From Pocillopora damicornis (taxonomy: Eukaryota): a stretch of DNA of 64,000 bases. The notes under the pieces were generated by a model. That model did not search any database, was not told the DNA's origin, and was given only the letters and a program-made list of their open reading frames with translations. The stretch lies in the NCBI RefSeq assembly GCF_003704095.1, contig NW_020846475.1, positions 558,001 to 622,000 on the forward strand, in the 5' to 3' direction. The position numbers and the translations under genes were made by a program. How positions within the stretch are numbered: the first letter of the stretch is position 1; each line of letters begins with the position of its first letter. Shown one piece after another: positions 1 through 13,100 of the stretch.

Positions 1-1132
1 GACAAGCATCCGCTGTTAGACACAAAGCAGCTTTTACACGATATATTAGGATGTGGACCTTCGATGTTTATCAGGAATTGTTGAACAAAACCCGAAATTT
101 GAAATAGACCACATCATATTTAAACATCGAAAAAAACTCCTTTTTCCGGGCATTTTTAGTGGTAATAATTTTTCCCGAACTGAGGCCGGGGCCCCTGTAA
201 CGAAATTTGAGCATATAATTTTGGAATTGTTAGAACCTCCCAGAATTCTCTTGTAAGAATTTAGACTTTGCAATCAGTATTGTATTACTCACTGAAAAAA
301 GGAACGAGAAGAAAAGTAAGACTATAAATTTTTGTGAAATTTTTTTAGTTTGTCTATTTGTATGCTTTTTCCATTTTTATTGCCAAACAATCTAAAATTA
401 TTTTCTCCTGGAACGCAATTGACATCCAAAACATGTCTTCCCGCCGATCACATTGTAAAAAAAACTCTGACGTAATCTGTTAACCTACTAAAATAACGTG
501 CTGTGAATACTTGATATACTGTTAATACACAGTTGTTTCGCTTGGAGCCCTCAATTTCCTTTCCTGAAGTTTAAATTGGCTTTTGCATTTTTCAATGACA
601 TCGACAGAAAAAATAGTTTGCAAAATAATTTCGTAACGGTTGCTGTCGCTTGTTGCGCAGAAACTACCGAGACATATTTTATGAAATATTAACGTTCAGA
701 ATAAACATGGTTCTTAAAAGATTTCTTAGCTTTGCCACTGTGATTTACCTCTCTCTAAGGAGGTGAAACGCTTTTATTTTTTCTTGACTTACTCGCTGAA
801 ACTTTACGTATTTTAAAATTATATTCTTGGTATTATAACGCGTACTCCAAAATCAATTTAACACCGCTTTTGATTTACCTCCCGTGCAATAATCCTTCCG
901 CCAGACAAATCCGCTCTCATCCAATTTCAAAGGATACGTGGTAACAGACGGATCTGCGCAATTTGTGTTGAGCCGATGAAAACATTTTAACAGTTGTGGG
1001 CGTCAATCCTGCTTTTAAAGCATTCTAATGAGGCCCCCTTCTCATTGAACGCTGATACCTGTGATATCAGGAACTGGTCTAGTTGAGGGCCACGCGTGGA
1101 AAAAAAGCAAACAAACAGTCCTTGCATTCGAC

Positions 1133-3073
1133 ATGGCCAGATTTCTGTTGCTAGTGGGCGCGATTACTTCAATCTTTTGTCAAGGTGTAATAGCCAAATT
1201 ACGTTGTTGCGGTGAATTTTCCGCGCAGCAAGAAGAACAACTGAGGAATCTACTGAAACAAGAGGCAGGGTCGTTGAGACAGGGCATGCAAATGATGTGT
1301 CCTAGAAGTCCAGGTAAGCTATAAACAAGAACTTGTCTTTCAGTTTGCCTTGCTTATCAGACCGTTTGTCAAAAAATAAAAGTGCTTTCAATCAAGGCGA
1401 ATATTCTTCGTTAAAAAGACATCTGATTACAAGCAAACTACAGTTTGAACTTATTCCATTCTCGAGGGATTTCTTTAACGAGGCACGTCTAGAAAGAAAG
1501 GCGTTTAGGACCAGTTGAGCTTAAAGAATTTCTGATATGCTGACATTTCTTGACTATTTTACTCTCAAATTTGTTTTACACATCCAACCGAGGATAACAA
1601 GAAAACTTTTTCTTTCATAGAGAAAGAGAGGTTCATAGAGACATGCTTGCCAAATTCAGAGTTCATAAATGTCGAAATATAATTCTTGCAAGGCTGCCAA
1701 AATCATATTGTATTTGTTTTTTAGCTTTTATATCGGGAACGTTTCAAACGGTCAGTTTGTAATCCACTATAATCCTTTCCAATCTTAATTATTATCTTTC
1801 ACTTGCACCTCAGTTGATCATTTGGTCAAGGTTCATTTTAGTCAAGCGGTAGCTCCATTTGAAGTCAAATTTAGTCTTGTAAATCGAGCCGACTTGAGCT
1901 GTGATCATGGGGAATAAACACTAGATAAGATCTACAAGAAGATTAAAAAATAACAGTATAATTTATAGATGCCGTGTAAAATTGACTTAGGGAGAGAAAG
2001 ATGGTTACTTTGTAGCTTTTCGTCCGATAAAGAGAAATGATATTTTTTAATCACGAGCGTGAGACAAATAAAAATCTAAATTTCCCACGAGAATTAGAGC
2101 TTCATATCTGCAGATTTTGCATTCAAATTAGATCCTCTAACTCTGAGCTCCAGAGTCCTCGATTGTGAGCAAAGCTCTTTACCAGGTTCGTATTGGGACA
2201 AGCGTCTTGTTTACTTTTAGGATCAGCAACGTCAAGAATTGGCTTCCTTCAAAACGTGCAAACGCTTGTAAAATGTTTATGTGGGCATGGGCTATTCAGA
2301 CTATCGTCTATTTGCAAAAATTCAATAAACCTCCGATTCTTTGTTCGCCTCTCGAATAATTACCAACAATTGAAATTTACGAGCTCACAACGAAAGAATA
2401 GCCTTGAAATAGGCAGTGACAATCATTGAAGAGAATTGCAAACGCTTTTAACCAGATTGAGGAGACCTTCCCAGGTTGTTCTCGGGGAGAGACTTTAACT
2501 TGACCATGCAAAGATCGACTGAATGGTTATTAGCTTTCATGAAAATAACAAAGATGACGTAACTTTTTCATTTCGTTTTCAGGCAAATGGCGAAAATTAA
2601 ATGTGACCAACGCCTGCTTCAGTGCAAATCAAAGTAAACCTGGAATCTTCATTATCCCACAGGAGGGATTTGTCGTCGCTCTCAAAGTTGCCCATATCAG
2701 TGGCAAAGTCACGTGTGAGAAAGACGACTTTCATTCTAAACACGCACATGGTTCGTTTTACAGCAAGTGGGGTTGCTCAATAAATCATCCTTCCATCGGA
2801 ACCACACCCTTGGGGACCTTCATCACCACGTCGTCCAAAGAAATCTTATTCCCACGTGAAAAGTTTATCCGGGACAAGGCGATGTCTGCCTGGTACGCAC
2901 TTCCGGGATTCGGGCCAGATTCCCCATTCCTCGTTTTCCAAGACTTCTCCAATCCAGAATATTTCCAACACGGCCAAGAGCTTCAACTGTGGTACGGCGA
3001 AGTGCTGAAAGGGGTCAGTGTAAATGACAATGATGGCAAAACATGCGCTGAAGTTTATGCCTGGTATCTCTAA
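1133..3073 (+). CDS. Two-exon predicted secreted protein (~223 aa) with an uncharacterised C-terminal Cys/Trp domain
   Basis: Exon 1 1133-1313 has a hydrophobic signal peptide (MARFLLLVGAITSIFCQG) and donor CCAG|GTAAGC, phase 1. Exon 2 2583-3073 follows TTTTCAG and is in frame (GKWRKLNVTNACF...WGC...GQELQLWYGE..NDGKTCAEVYAWYL*). Confidence 0.8.
2040..2237 (-). mobile_element. Degenerate tRNA-derived SINE-like repeat
   Basis: Resembles copies at ~12245-12380 and ~35735-35920 (CACGAGCGTGAGACAAA...CTGAGCT...GGTTCGTATTGGGACAAGCGTC). Confidence 0.55.
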
Positions 3074-4270
3074 AGAACTGGAGTTAATCTTTAATGAACT
3101 TTATTGCAATGCCTTTTAAAACTTTGCAGGGATTAAGTTGAGGTACTTAGACCTTGAGATACTGACCCTAAACTCTCTGAGATCATCATTTCCAATCTTT
3201 TTCATCCGTCACCATCATTGTCAGTTCTTTTCAGATTTATTCTTCCCATTCAATGCGGTATTTTCTCTCTTATCATGCTAGTATTTTGTGGTTCTTTATG
3301 TGACGAGGAAAATTTTGCAGGACGAATGAAATGACTTACATTTTCAACTTCTGTGGCAACTTGAATCGTGTAAAGTAGTGAACCAGCCTGAGAAATTTTT
3401 GATCGACATTTCTTTATTTTATCAGAGGAAGGATCAGTCGAAGGTCGGCGCCATAATGCAGCATAGTTACGCTTGTCTCTTCACTACGCAAACTGCTTTG
3501 ACAAAAAAACTGGTCTCGCGATATGCAGCCAAAAAAAACGTGCAATTTTTGCAGCCTTTTAAGTCATTTTATAGCTGCAATTCGAGAAGATCGGATTATG
3601 TAATGATCATATCTCATGATAGACATGGAAAAAGTTGCCGCGAAAATTGTAAATGATCTGCCAATGTTATTCTTACGAAAGCCGTTTAAAGTTAATTTCA
3701 GAAGCGTTTTAATACTGGGATCAGTCTACTTTAAGAAGCAACAGAGTTAAATTGCAGTTTCAGATTAGAGGATTGAATTTATATGATTATAGGATTGGTG
3801 CTAGTAAGAGCTATTAATTGTTTCAGAAGCACCTTTTGAAAACAAATAAAGCCGCATTATCCAAGATGTGTTGGTTTTAGCTTTTGATAAGGAGTAAGCT
3901 TCGTGGGAAGAATAAAGAGTTGTCGGTAACCAAGTATTGTAGAGGAACTTTTCAAAAGGATTGTCATTTATTGCTTTATAGGGAATTGTCGGCATACGTT
4001 CTGAGGCTTGGTCAAGATCAGTTTTATTCTCTGTGACCACTTAAAACAATGATTGAAATAAAAATTGGTACTTACTTATCACAAATCAAAGGATTAGTGT
4101 CTCGAAATTCAGTACGGCATCGAGTGTAGCCAAGTGGAAGTTTGTATACCCCTGCCCAATTAATGAGGGCGAAATTAAGCCGAGAGAGCCTTCTCGAGCC
4201 AAACTGCAATATGAATAAAGGGTTTAAGTTTCTAAACAAAATGCGGTGCTGCGTCGTTAGGGGGTGTTGC

Positions 4271-4370
4271 AAGGTAATTTGATTTTATCAACTGAGCTGA
4301 TAAAATAAATTGGCCAACGTAAAGAAATTCTAAAGCTGAAGTTTCGAGTGTCAGCCCTTCGCCAGAGTGC
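4271..4370 (-). mobile_element. Penelope-like/retrozyme-type repeat fragment with degenerate hammerhead core
   Basis: The minus strand reads CTCTGGCGAAGGGCTGACACTCGAAACTTCAGC, resembling the CUGANGA-stemII-GAAA hammerhead core of Penelope-associated repeats. Confidence 0.4.
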
Positions 4371-5459
4371 TGAAATATGTTTGGTTTCATTCAATTCAAT
4401 CCTGTCGAGGAACACACTAACTCCGGCCAAAAACAAAGTTTAATATTCCCAAAGCGCAGAGAGTGACGATTTGTCTTCATTTCCTCGAAGAAGAGGAAAA
4501 ATTGACAATATACTCTGCGCACAAGATCCTTTGACATTTTTTAAAACGGAAGTTGTAAACAAGAAAGATAAATGATTAAATCAGTTGTAGCGCATCCTGC
4601 TCAGCTACTTTACATAAACATTTACGCAATCAACGGGAGCTCCGATAAAAATAAAGTATTCGATTCGCGCATAACATCCATTACTTGTAAACCTGTTCAG
4701 CCGTAATAGTTTTACAACTGCCGAGTTGAAGCACGAGTTTCACGTATGACGTATATGGCGGCGGCAAATGGCATAAAGTGAACTCTGATTTCTATTTCGC
4801 TTTTCCTGTAATCCGCCTAAAAATGATCAACCCTTCAGAAAAGTTGCCAAAAAACTTCTCTTTCCCAGTTAAGGCAAATATTTGAAAGAAAGTGTAGGAA
4901 AAGCTAAAAGCCGATGATAAGAAGTTTCTTTAACCCCGTTTACAGTTCATCATGAACGTCGTACTCAACCTCTGTCCTCTTCCATTGGTCTAAATTAAAT
5001 GAAATTTGAAGAACACGATTTCTAGCAAATTAGTTATACCAACAAGGAGATCCAAACGAAAAACATACAATTAATTACTGTTTCAAAACTGTTCTAACTC
5101 AACTGTCGCTTGTCATAGGAGGCACGTCGCCTGTCATCGCCGGTTATTCATCCCTGTGATAAAATTTATCATTACGTTGTTCCTGTCCTGACATTTAAAT
5201 AAGGTGGACATCCTCCCATCTGATAATAAGTCGCTGAACCAATCAGGGGAATCGAAAATTTGGTAATACCGGCAGTTAAATGTCTTATTCCACAATGAAA
5301 AAGATCTGACGATCTCTGCTTCAATTAGTCATCAGAAGTTTTGATTAAAACATCCCTCGATTTAGAACTTTTTGGTCATAATCTGTTGGATTACAGCTTG
5401 GGCACGCATACTAACAAGCGTAGGAGAATTTTGTTTTTGTTAAGTCAGGCAAATTCAAA

Positions 5460-6326
5460 ATGGCAGATCAAGACGACAAGAGGAAACCAATGACTCAATT
5501 GTCTCTACCATCGCGAAGCAGAAGATTGAGATTTCTCCTCATTTGTGGGAATTGCGATATGGTTTCGGTGGCAGACAATGTGAAGAATAACAATACTCGT
5601 ACCCAGGAAGGGAAAAACGTCATTGCAGTGAGTGAAAATCGCAGCGAAGACAAACATAAAACAGATTTAGAGCGACCATTCCTGGAAGTGAAAGAGGAAC
5701 TGAAAAGTACCGAATTACAAGACCAAGATCAATTTGAGAGATTTAATCAAAGGGCGTTTGATCGTAACGACCATGAATCGCGGAATCAAGACGGGATCGA
5801 GAGAATATGTTGGAGTAGTGACCACGGCAAAGGAAATTACAAGGAAAAAATGGAAGTCACACAACAATCACAAGGTGATTTCCAAATTGCAGAAACGTCG
5901 TTACAATTGCATGAACCTGACATGAGTGAGCAAAGTGGAGGAGGCAGAATGCAAGGAAAGCCTGCTTGCATCAGACCAAACCTCACACGACAACGAGTTG
6001 TAGGCTCTGTAGATTCGTTTCAGAGCCAAGGGAAGCTCGTCGGTGAACCTGAAATCCCGACTATGACAATCATTGAGAATTCGTCGAGCGACGAGAACCA
6101 AACTTCCAGCTTAACCAAAGTTAAGACTAATGGGGCTGCGGCTCAGTCAAACAGGGTTGAAGAGAAATCGCCACGGGGTTCATCAATTAGTCCGTGGAGA
6201 CGGGTAGCAGCTCTTAAATGGAAAATGAACAAAGTGCATGTCAAGAAAATGGAGAAAGATGCAGCTGTTGCCAATGAAGAATACGAGATGATGTTAGAGA
6301 ATCTTACGCTGTACGGTGTCCTATGA
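5460..6326 (+). CDS. Intronless 288-aa uncharacterised protein, mostly low-complexity and probably disordered
   Basis: 867-bp uninterrupted ORF in AT-rich DNA with a good start context (AAAATGGC) and Glu/Gln/Ser/Lys-rich composition. No recognisable domain. Confidence 0.65.
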   Translation: MADQDDKRKPMTQLSLPSRSRRLRFLLICGNCDMVSVADNVKNNNTRTQEGKNVIAVSENRSEDKHKTDLERPFLEVKEELKSTELQDQDQFERFNQRAFDRNDHESRNQDGIERICWSSDHGKGNYKEKMEVTQQSQGDFQIAETSLQLHEPDMSEQSGGGRMQGKPACIRPNLTRQRVVGSVDSFQSQGKLVGEPEIPTMTIIENSSSDENQTSSLTKVKTNGAAAQSNRVEEKSPRGSSISPWRRVAALKWKMNKVHVKKMEKDAAVANEEYEMMLENLTLYGVL

Positions 6327-7188
6327 AAATTATCAAGCCCGGGCAATAAGAGAAAAAGGAGGACTAGTGAAATGCAATCACTCAAATCCTTTCGTGTAAG
6401 ATTCATAACTGATTAAGTCCACAGTTTTCTTAGACAATTGAACTTTAATTAATGACCTTTTTCCTCGATTAGCTCCGCAGGCTGCTGTATACAATACTGA
6501 TCTTTCCGGTATGCAACGCGCAGTTGTCACTTGAGCTTGGTTGTCTGACAGAGAGGCAGTGATTAGATTCCACACGAGACTCACACTTCGTTGTTATTTT
6601 CTCGTTTGTATGACACTTGCGACACTACAAATAATTATAATGAAATTCAAAATACCTTCCTTCTTCTAGTATCATGTTCTAAAACGGTACCGAAATATTA
6701 AAGTCAGAGACCCTTCAAAATATCAGTTTCCGGAATAAAAAAAAACTTCTGCTCACCATCTTTACAAGCAAACGATACTTAACCCTGTGCGGCGCAAAAA
6801 TATACGAAAAAAAAGACAGAAAATATCAGATTGCATAAGTAGGATTAAAACTTAAAGGTAAAAAAAGTAGAGAATGGCTATTTCATTTCGTTACGAGTTC
6901 TTAATATTTTTATTATTTACACGAGAAAGCACCTGTACACAAAACTTGCTTATGTACCAAAATATTTTTCACACTGTACTCTACAATTCCAATAAATATA
7001 ACATTTCAAAATGGAAACGCACGAATTGGAGAAAAGAAATAGGACAAGTAATAATTTGGGAATTCAACACAGCACGTTCCAAAAGGCGCTAAGACGAGCG
7101 GTTTGATGAAAACGTTTTCAACGGTCTTGGAACAGGAAATAAATATTGTGACGTAGAGATATTTAATTCCCCTACCAAGCAGCAATGC

Positions 7189-10100
7189 TTATTTTTTCTT
7201 TCCTTTGGCGGGAGTTTTCCTTCCACCTTTAGCAGTAGAAGCACTCTTTCGACTCTTGCTCGGTGACGGAGATCGTTCTCTTTCTTTCGCAGCTTCAGCC
7301 GCCTGTGCTTCCTCTTTTTGTTTCTCTGCCTCTAGGAATTTCTGTCTGTACGCTTCCCGTCTCTGGTTCACCTCGCCCCGCCATTTGTCAGTAGCGGCCT
7401 AGTGAAATAAAGGAGCAAACGGATGAGGGATTGACGGGAAGGGGAGAAAGGGAGATAATGAAAACAAAATAAATAAAAACGGTAGGGCCGGGGAAAGAGA
7501 CGGAGGTGAGATGGAGGGAGGCTGGGGCGAAGGAGCCAACGAAAGGAGCGAGAAAGATGAAAAAGAGATAGAAAGGAATAAGATGGGAAAGGAAGAGAGG
7601 ACAGATATAGAGGCAGGAGAGAGGGAGTTAGTGGTAAGGGGAATAAATGATGAATAAGGAAGGACACTGGGTAAAAGGACAAGATGGGAAGAATTACAGG
7701 TTACCTGACACAAAAAAGAGAAGAAAGAGGCGGAATGGAAAAAGGAAATGGTTGAGGCAGCGAACAAGTATAAAGCACGTAAAATGAAAAAATAATTTTA
7801 AAAGAATTCAGATTGTACCTGTAGTTCTTCAGCTTCCTGTAACTGTCTCTCTTTAGCAGTGTTCCTGTCCAGTCTATCCTGTTCTCTCCTGTTTTCAACT
7901 TCTTTACGCTGAGTTTTAAAAGCTTGCAGTGTTTCTTTTCTTTCCAGCAGCCTTCTTTCTATTTCTTCCTCGTCTAACAACACGGGAACCCCGCCTCGTG
8001 ACCTGGAAAAGAAAACAAGCGGGTTAAGCTACAATATGACTTGTGGTGTTTTCTTCTGGCCCGATGTAGAGTGCAGAAAAATGAAACAAAACAAAGTAAC
8101 ATCCACTATTTCATAATAGTAGAATAAACTCGAGGAAACAAAACACTACAGATCTTACCTGATGGTCTTAGGTTCAGAAAGCGGCTGGAGAATATGATCC
8201 GGTTCCTTAGGGGGTGGTACTAAGGTCAATTCTCCTTGATCTGACTCAGACTGCACTGGTGACGTCACTGTCACTGAAATGAGACGAGAAACGGGAAACT
8301 GAGGAGCTGTCATAGGTGGTAATACTCTTTGAGCCATTAAATCTCATTGTAAAATAACTGACACACAACTGGCGCCCTGATTGGTTAAAAGTCTCGTTAG
8401 AAAATAACTGACATACTACGAACTCCCTGATAGGTCAAAAGTCTCTAATTTATTGCACCAGTAAACTCATAGAAGTTCATTTCATAAAAGCAATAGACAG
8501 CACATTCTATTGGTTTCCCAGTGTAATAACCAACGTTGGGACGTTGGGAGAGCTAGAGAAAACTTTGTAAATCCCTCGCCTGATTTACAAACGTTTCTCG
8601 TCTTTTCCCAACCGATCCTGCGTTGAGTATAGCGCCAGTAAACCGAAAGATAGCGCGGTCTATTGCTCAAATATACACAGTGAACTCACGTATTTCACTA
8701 GAAGCAGTAACATCTTTCTCTTCTTGTTGTTCCTCGTCGCCGTTTTCTTCCTCGATTGCGTCTTTTTCCACCTTAACCATGTGTTCGTTCAAAAACTTTT
8801 GACGGCTTTGTTGGGCCTTAGGAAGTAACAGAAAATATTCTTAAAAAATCATCATAGACCTTGAAAACATTCTGAGTGTTGTAACTGATATTTCGAACTT
8901 TTTCTTGAGTGATGCGTGCACTACCTTCGCCGCTCTGCCCGGTTCAGCGGCTTCCCAAGCTAGCTTCATGGCCTTTATTTCATCTTGCCTTTCTGTGTCC
9001 TTCTTGACCTCAATCTCTTCCTGTACACAACAAAGCAGCAAACACATCAATTCCAGTTTATAATAACATAACAATAACCTTAATCAGTGCACCATACTTT
9101 TGACTATAAACAATGCAGCAAATAAACAAAAGGAGACAAAACCACGTAAAACTTACAGCACTCGCATCAGAAACGATTCTGAGTGTCCAGTTTGGTTTGC
9201 TAGAATCGAATTGTTGCTGTAAAAAAAAAAATAGAAGTTAATGAATTACTCTGAGAAATTAACAAACAAACGCTCAAAGTTACGATCTATTTACCACATC
9301 TATTTATCTTCACAAACGTTCCTTATTCAGGGATGGGTGTCTCTAAATCGTAAAATGTGAGCTTTTCCTAATACACCTTTCCAATTTACCTGTGATGATG
9401 GTCTTGATCCAGCTTGTCCCTTACTTGACCGACTTTCTTTTCCTTCCTTGTTTTTCTTGCCTTTGGACACACTTGCAGACAGTTTATCTCCGCGAGGGGC
9501 GCTTTCCGCAGGGACTAAATATAGTAATAAAATGCATTGAAAAAAAGCTTTACTACTCCTCATTGCTTGGGTTGCCTACACTAGATATCAAGTACGACGA
9601 AATAACTATACCCGAAGGCAAAACGGTTTAAAACCCAAAAACGCAGAAATACCTTCTACGTCTAGTCTGTCAAGGCTCTTGATCAAGGCAACAAAATCCC
9701 AAGCACTCTTGGACAAAGGCCAACTGTCGCGTAAGACCTGGGCTTGAATTATATACTTGTGTATCTGAAACAAAAGTAAAAGGAATAAGCCCTATGTGCT
9801 TTTGCTTTGCGGCAACGCAGCTAACTGTTTGTGATACGCATATGGGGAGAAAAAGTGAATTGGCACCATAGCTTCAGACCAAAAAATGGGAGTCGAATTT
9901 GTTTAGTAACCTAAAGTGATATTTAATCTTTGATAAAGCGATCGTTGGAGTGGTTTAATGTTCTGTGGACAACACGGATTACAAGACAAACGCAAGTCAT
10001 CGCGTGGTAAGGATAGTTTGTATCTTGAAGATGGGGGTAACTGGCGACCTTTGAGAAATGTACTTAAACCACGAACCTTGATTTCAGGCTCCGTATCTTC

Positions 10101-13100
10101 CGTGTCTTCGTCTTCTTTGTCTTCGGAGTCGTCGCAAAGGAGAGGACGAGAGCCTTTCTGCTAAAAGGAAAAGAAAAGTGTTCAAATTAAGTTCACGTTC
10201 ACAGCCGCTGGAAATAAACTTACGACAGCATCATCTGTCCCTGACTCCGAGGCGTTCGTCGCCGTCACAGAATTGTTGTTAGAAGTTGTGTAAAGATGTT
10301 GTTGTAAGAATCTGGTTTTTCTTTTTGTTTATCTCATTCGATGCAACAACAAGAACTGCCAGTACTCACGGTATGTTCGAGAATTCAACTTTAAAAAGAT
10401 TCTATGGAACGTCACATATCAGCTGAAATGTCTGCACTGCACGAATTTGGGCGCTAGGTCACTCACCGATGATCCAGGCCGTGAGGAGTTACTGGACTCC
10501 TTTCCGCTCTTCTTACCACCCTTCCCTTGCATGGGAGAGGCTGCTGCTTTGCGGCTTCCTGACGGAGGTCTCTTGGCCGAGCGGGGGTGGGACGAGGTAG
10601 GAGGGCGCGAACCTGGAAAAACCAACAAATAAGCTTATTAACATCGTGGTCTCGTCCCTAACTGGTTCAGATCTAAGATGCGAACATTCCAGTCGGAGTG
10701 GCCGCTATCTGGGAAAAAGGACATCTAGGTGTAGATTGCAAAAGAACGACTGGTTTAAGAAGAAACAATTTTAAGCAATATTTACGTGTTATTGACCAAG
10801 CGTGAAGGTAAGATGGCTAGATATTGACCGGAAAAAAAGGCTAATATCCTGACATCTTGACCTCACGCTTGGTCAGTAAAGGTATTATTATTTCAAAAGG
10901 ATTTCGCTTTATTAAGAATTAAGAATGACTTGTTTATTTCTAGAGCCGGAAAAGAAAGCCAACTATCTTTGTACCACAATAAATTCACACGAGTCGTTTT
11001 TGTTTTCTTTTTTCTGGACTGTCTTCTGCCGCTTTTTGCGTCTCCATCGCTGACATTGTCCAAGAATAGCCAACTTAGTATTAATTCAATATTTTCATGT
11101 GCGGGATCAAAGGGGGCAATCCCGTACTGGCAGGTAGGCCTATCTTGCCCGCTCGCTTAGCCAATCAACACTTAGGATTCGCTTCATATTGCCCACGGGC
11201 GCTGCCAGCGGTGTAATAAACAACAATATTTACTTTCTAACCTCGTTTTTGTTTTTCATCTTCATCGCCTGTACGGTCGCGGTAAAAAGTAAAAGCAGGG
11301 ATGACTGCATGACTCTTTCCGGTCGTGCTACATACCTCCTGTTCATGATCCAAAATCTTTACAAAAAAAATAAAAAAGTAAATGAAATCGTTTGTAACCC
11401 GCCTGGCGGACAAATGAAAAAAATAAGTCATGGAACATTCGGATAAATGTCAGTTTCTGAACAACAACGCACCTACCCCTCCCCTAACCCATCATTGACC
11501 CTTATTTGTTATTAGTTGACTGTTGTGTGGTTAAGGGAGGGGTAGGTGCGCAGTTGCTCAGATAGGGCCCAGCGTTCTGCTGTCTTTTCCAGGGAAGGGA
11601 AATGATTCCTCGTCATTTTACCTGTAGCTTGATGTACACGTCTGGTTTAGACGTCCCTAGCTGCAAGCTAGCCATGTGATCCTCCTGTACCTTGACTGTG
11701 TACCTAACGCAGCGTACAGAAAATTACTTAGCACCTTAGGAAATGGAAAGCACGTTAGGAAATGTATAGAGAACAGTGTGAAGAATGTGCATACTGGTGT
11801 TAGGATGTAGTACAGGGTTAAGAGTCAAAACACAGTTTATCTTCAAAGTAAGTCAGGTACTGACTGAAGAATTTCATCTACCATCTAACCTGAAAATGAT
11901 GTTGTATTTGTTTGGAATATAATAATCTCTAATCTCCTTGGTGACAAAGTGACTGTTCACTCCCTCTCGTCCAGGGTAGGGTAAGGGTTCTGTAGAACCG
12001 ATCACGCGCAAACGAAACTTTCCCGCCGGGAGAATAGCGTTTGGCGTTCTTGCTTCAGCCACAAACGTGTAACCACGCTGATGAAACAAAGGAAAATCAA
12101 TGACATCAAAAGGTAACATTTGAGCACCACTGAAAACACTAAATAAGCATCAAGTAAGCAACGATGTCGGGTCAATCAGTAACGCCGAGAGCGCCTCTTG
12201 TCCCTACAGGCATCACAAAACAATCACCACCTTACAGAGAGATGTTTTTTCCGTCTTCTCGAGATTGTGCGACAAAGAGAAAATTCTGAGCCCCCATGAA
12301 GAGTCGAACCCGAGAGCTTCAGATTCCGATCTCGGACGCTCTTCCACTGAGCTAAAAACTCTCTTTGGGGAGCTAGGCTACTCTCTCCCTCTCTCTCTCT
12401 CTCTCTCTGTATAAAATAGTTGACAGAATAAGTTACCTTATTCTTCTTTAGGTTATTGGGTGCAACTTTCTGAAAGACCCTGGTCAGTTCTTCCCCCGAG
12501 TCATTGTCTACAACCCGCAACAAACATGTCGGTAAGGTAACGTACAGTTTAGGGACCATGAGCACTGGTTCATCAACGAAGAACACTTCCCTAAAAAAAA
12601 TTCCACAAAAACAAATACTAATTACGTCCAAATATTCCCACAAAATATTCGCCTATCTTATCTCAATGCATTTTCCAATTGCATTATTTGGAAAATTTAT
12701 GCGATTGTGGCAGATGTGTCTATATGCGATCTTGACTGACGAAATTTAGGTTGTCACACGTACAATACGCAACTACGGCACTGATAATAAAATTAAGAAG
12801 CAATTTCACTCGGAGAAATTTGGAAATTTTCCTTCGAGTAACGTCCTTTTGCACTAAGTGCCCTTTCCTAAAGAAATTCCCGCAACGTTTCCGGTCCATT
12901 CCAATCTTCTCAATCCTCAGCCATCCTCGCATAATTTTGGTTTCTTATAATTTTGGAGATTCTCTACCCTAATATAAAGTCACAAAAAAAAAACCGAAAT
13001 AAAAAGCACGGCCTTTTTTCTTACCTAAAAACCACAAACCAAGACTGGGGAGGCTGCTCAGGATACCCCCCGTTGTAGTCAGAGTACGCCACGCGACTCC

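Noticed and set aside
7368-7767. 104-aa and 122-aa minus-strand ORFs
   Set aside because: Artefacts of the pyrimidine-rich low-complexity last intron of ADGB.
12290-12360. tRNA gene
   Set aside because: Has A/B boxes but no convincing acceptor or anticodon stems, and multiple degenerate copies exist, so it is a SINE head.
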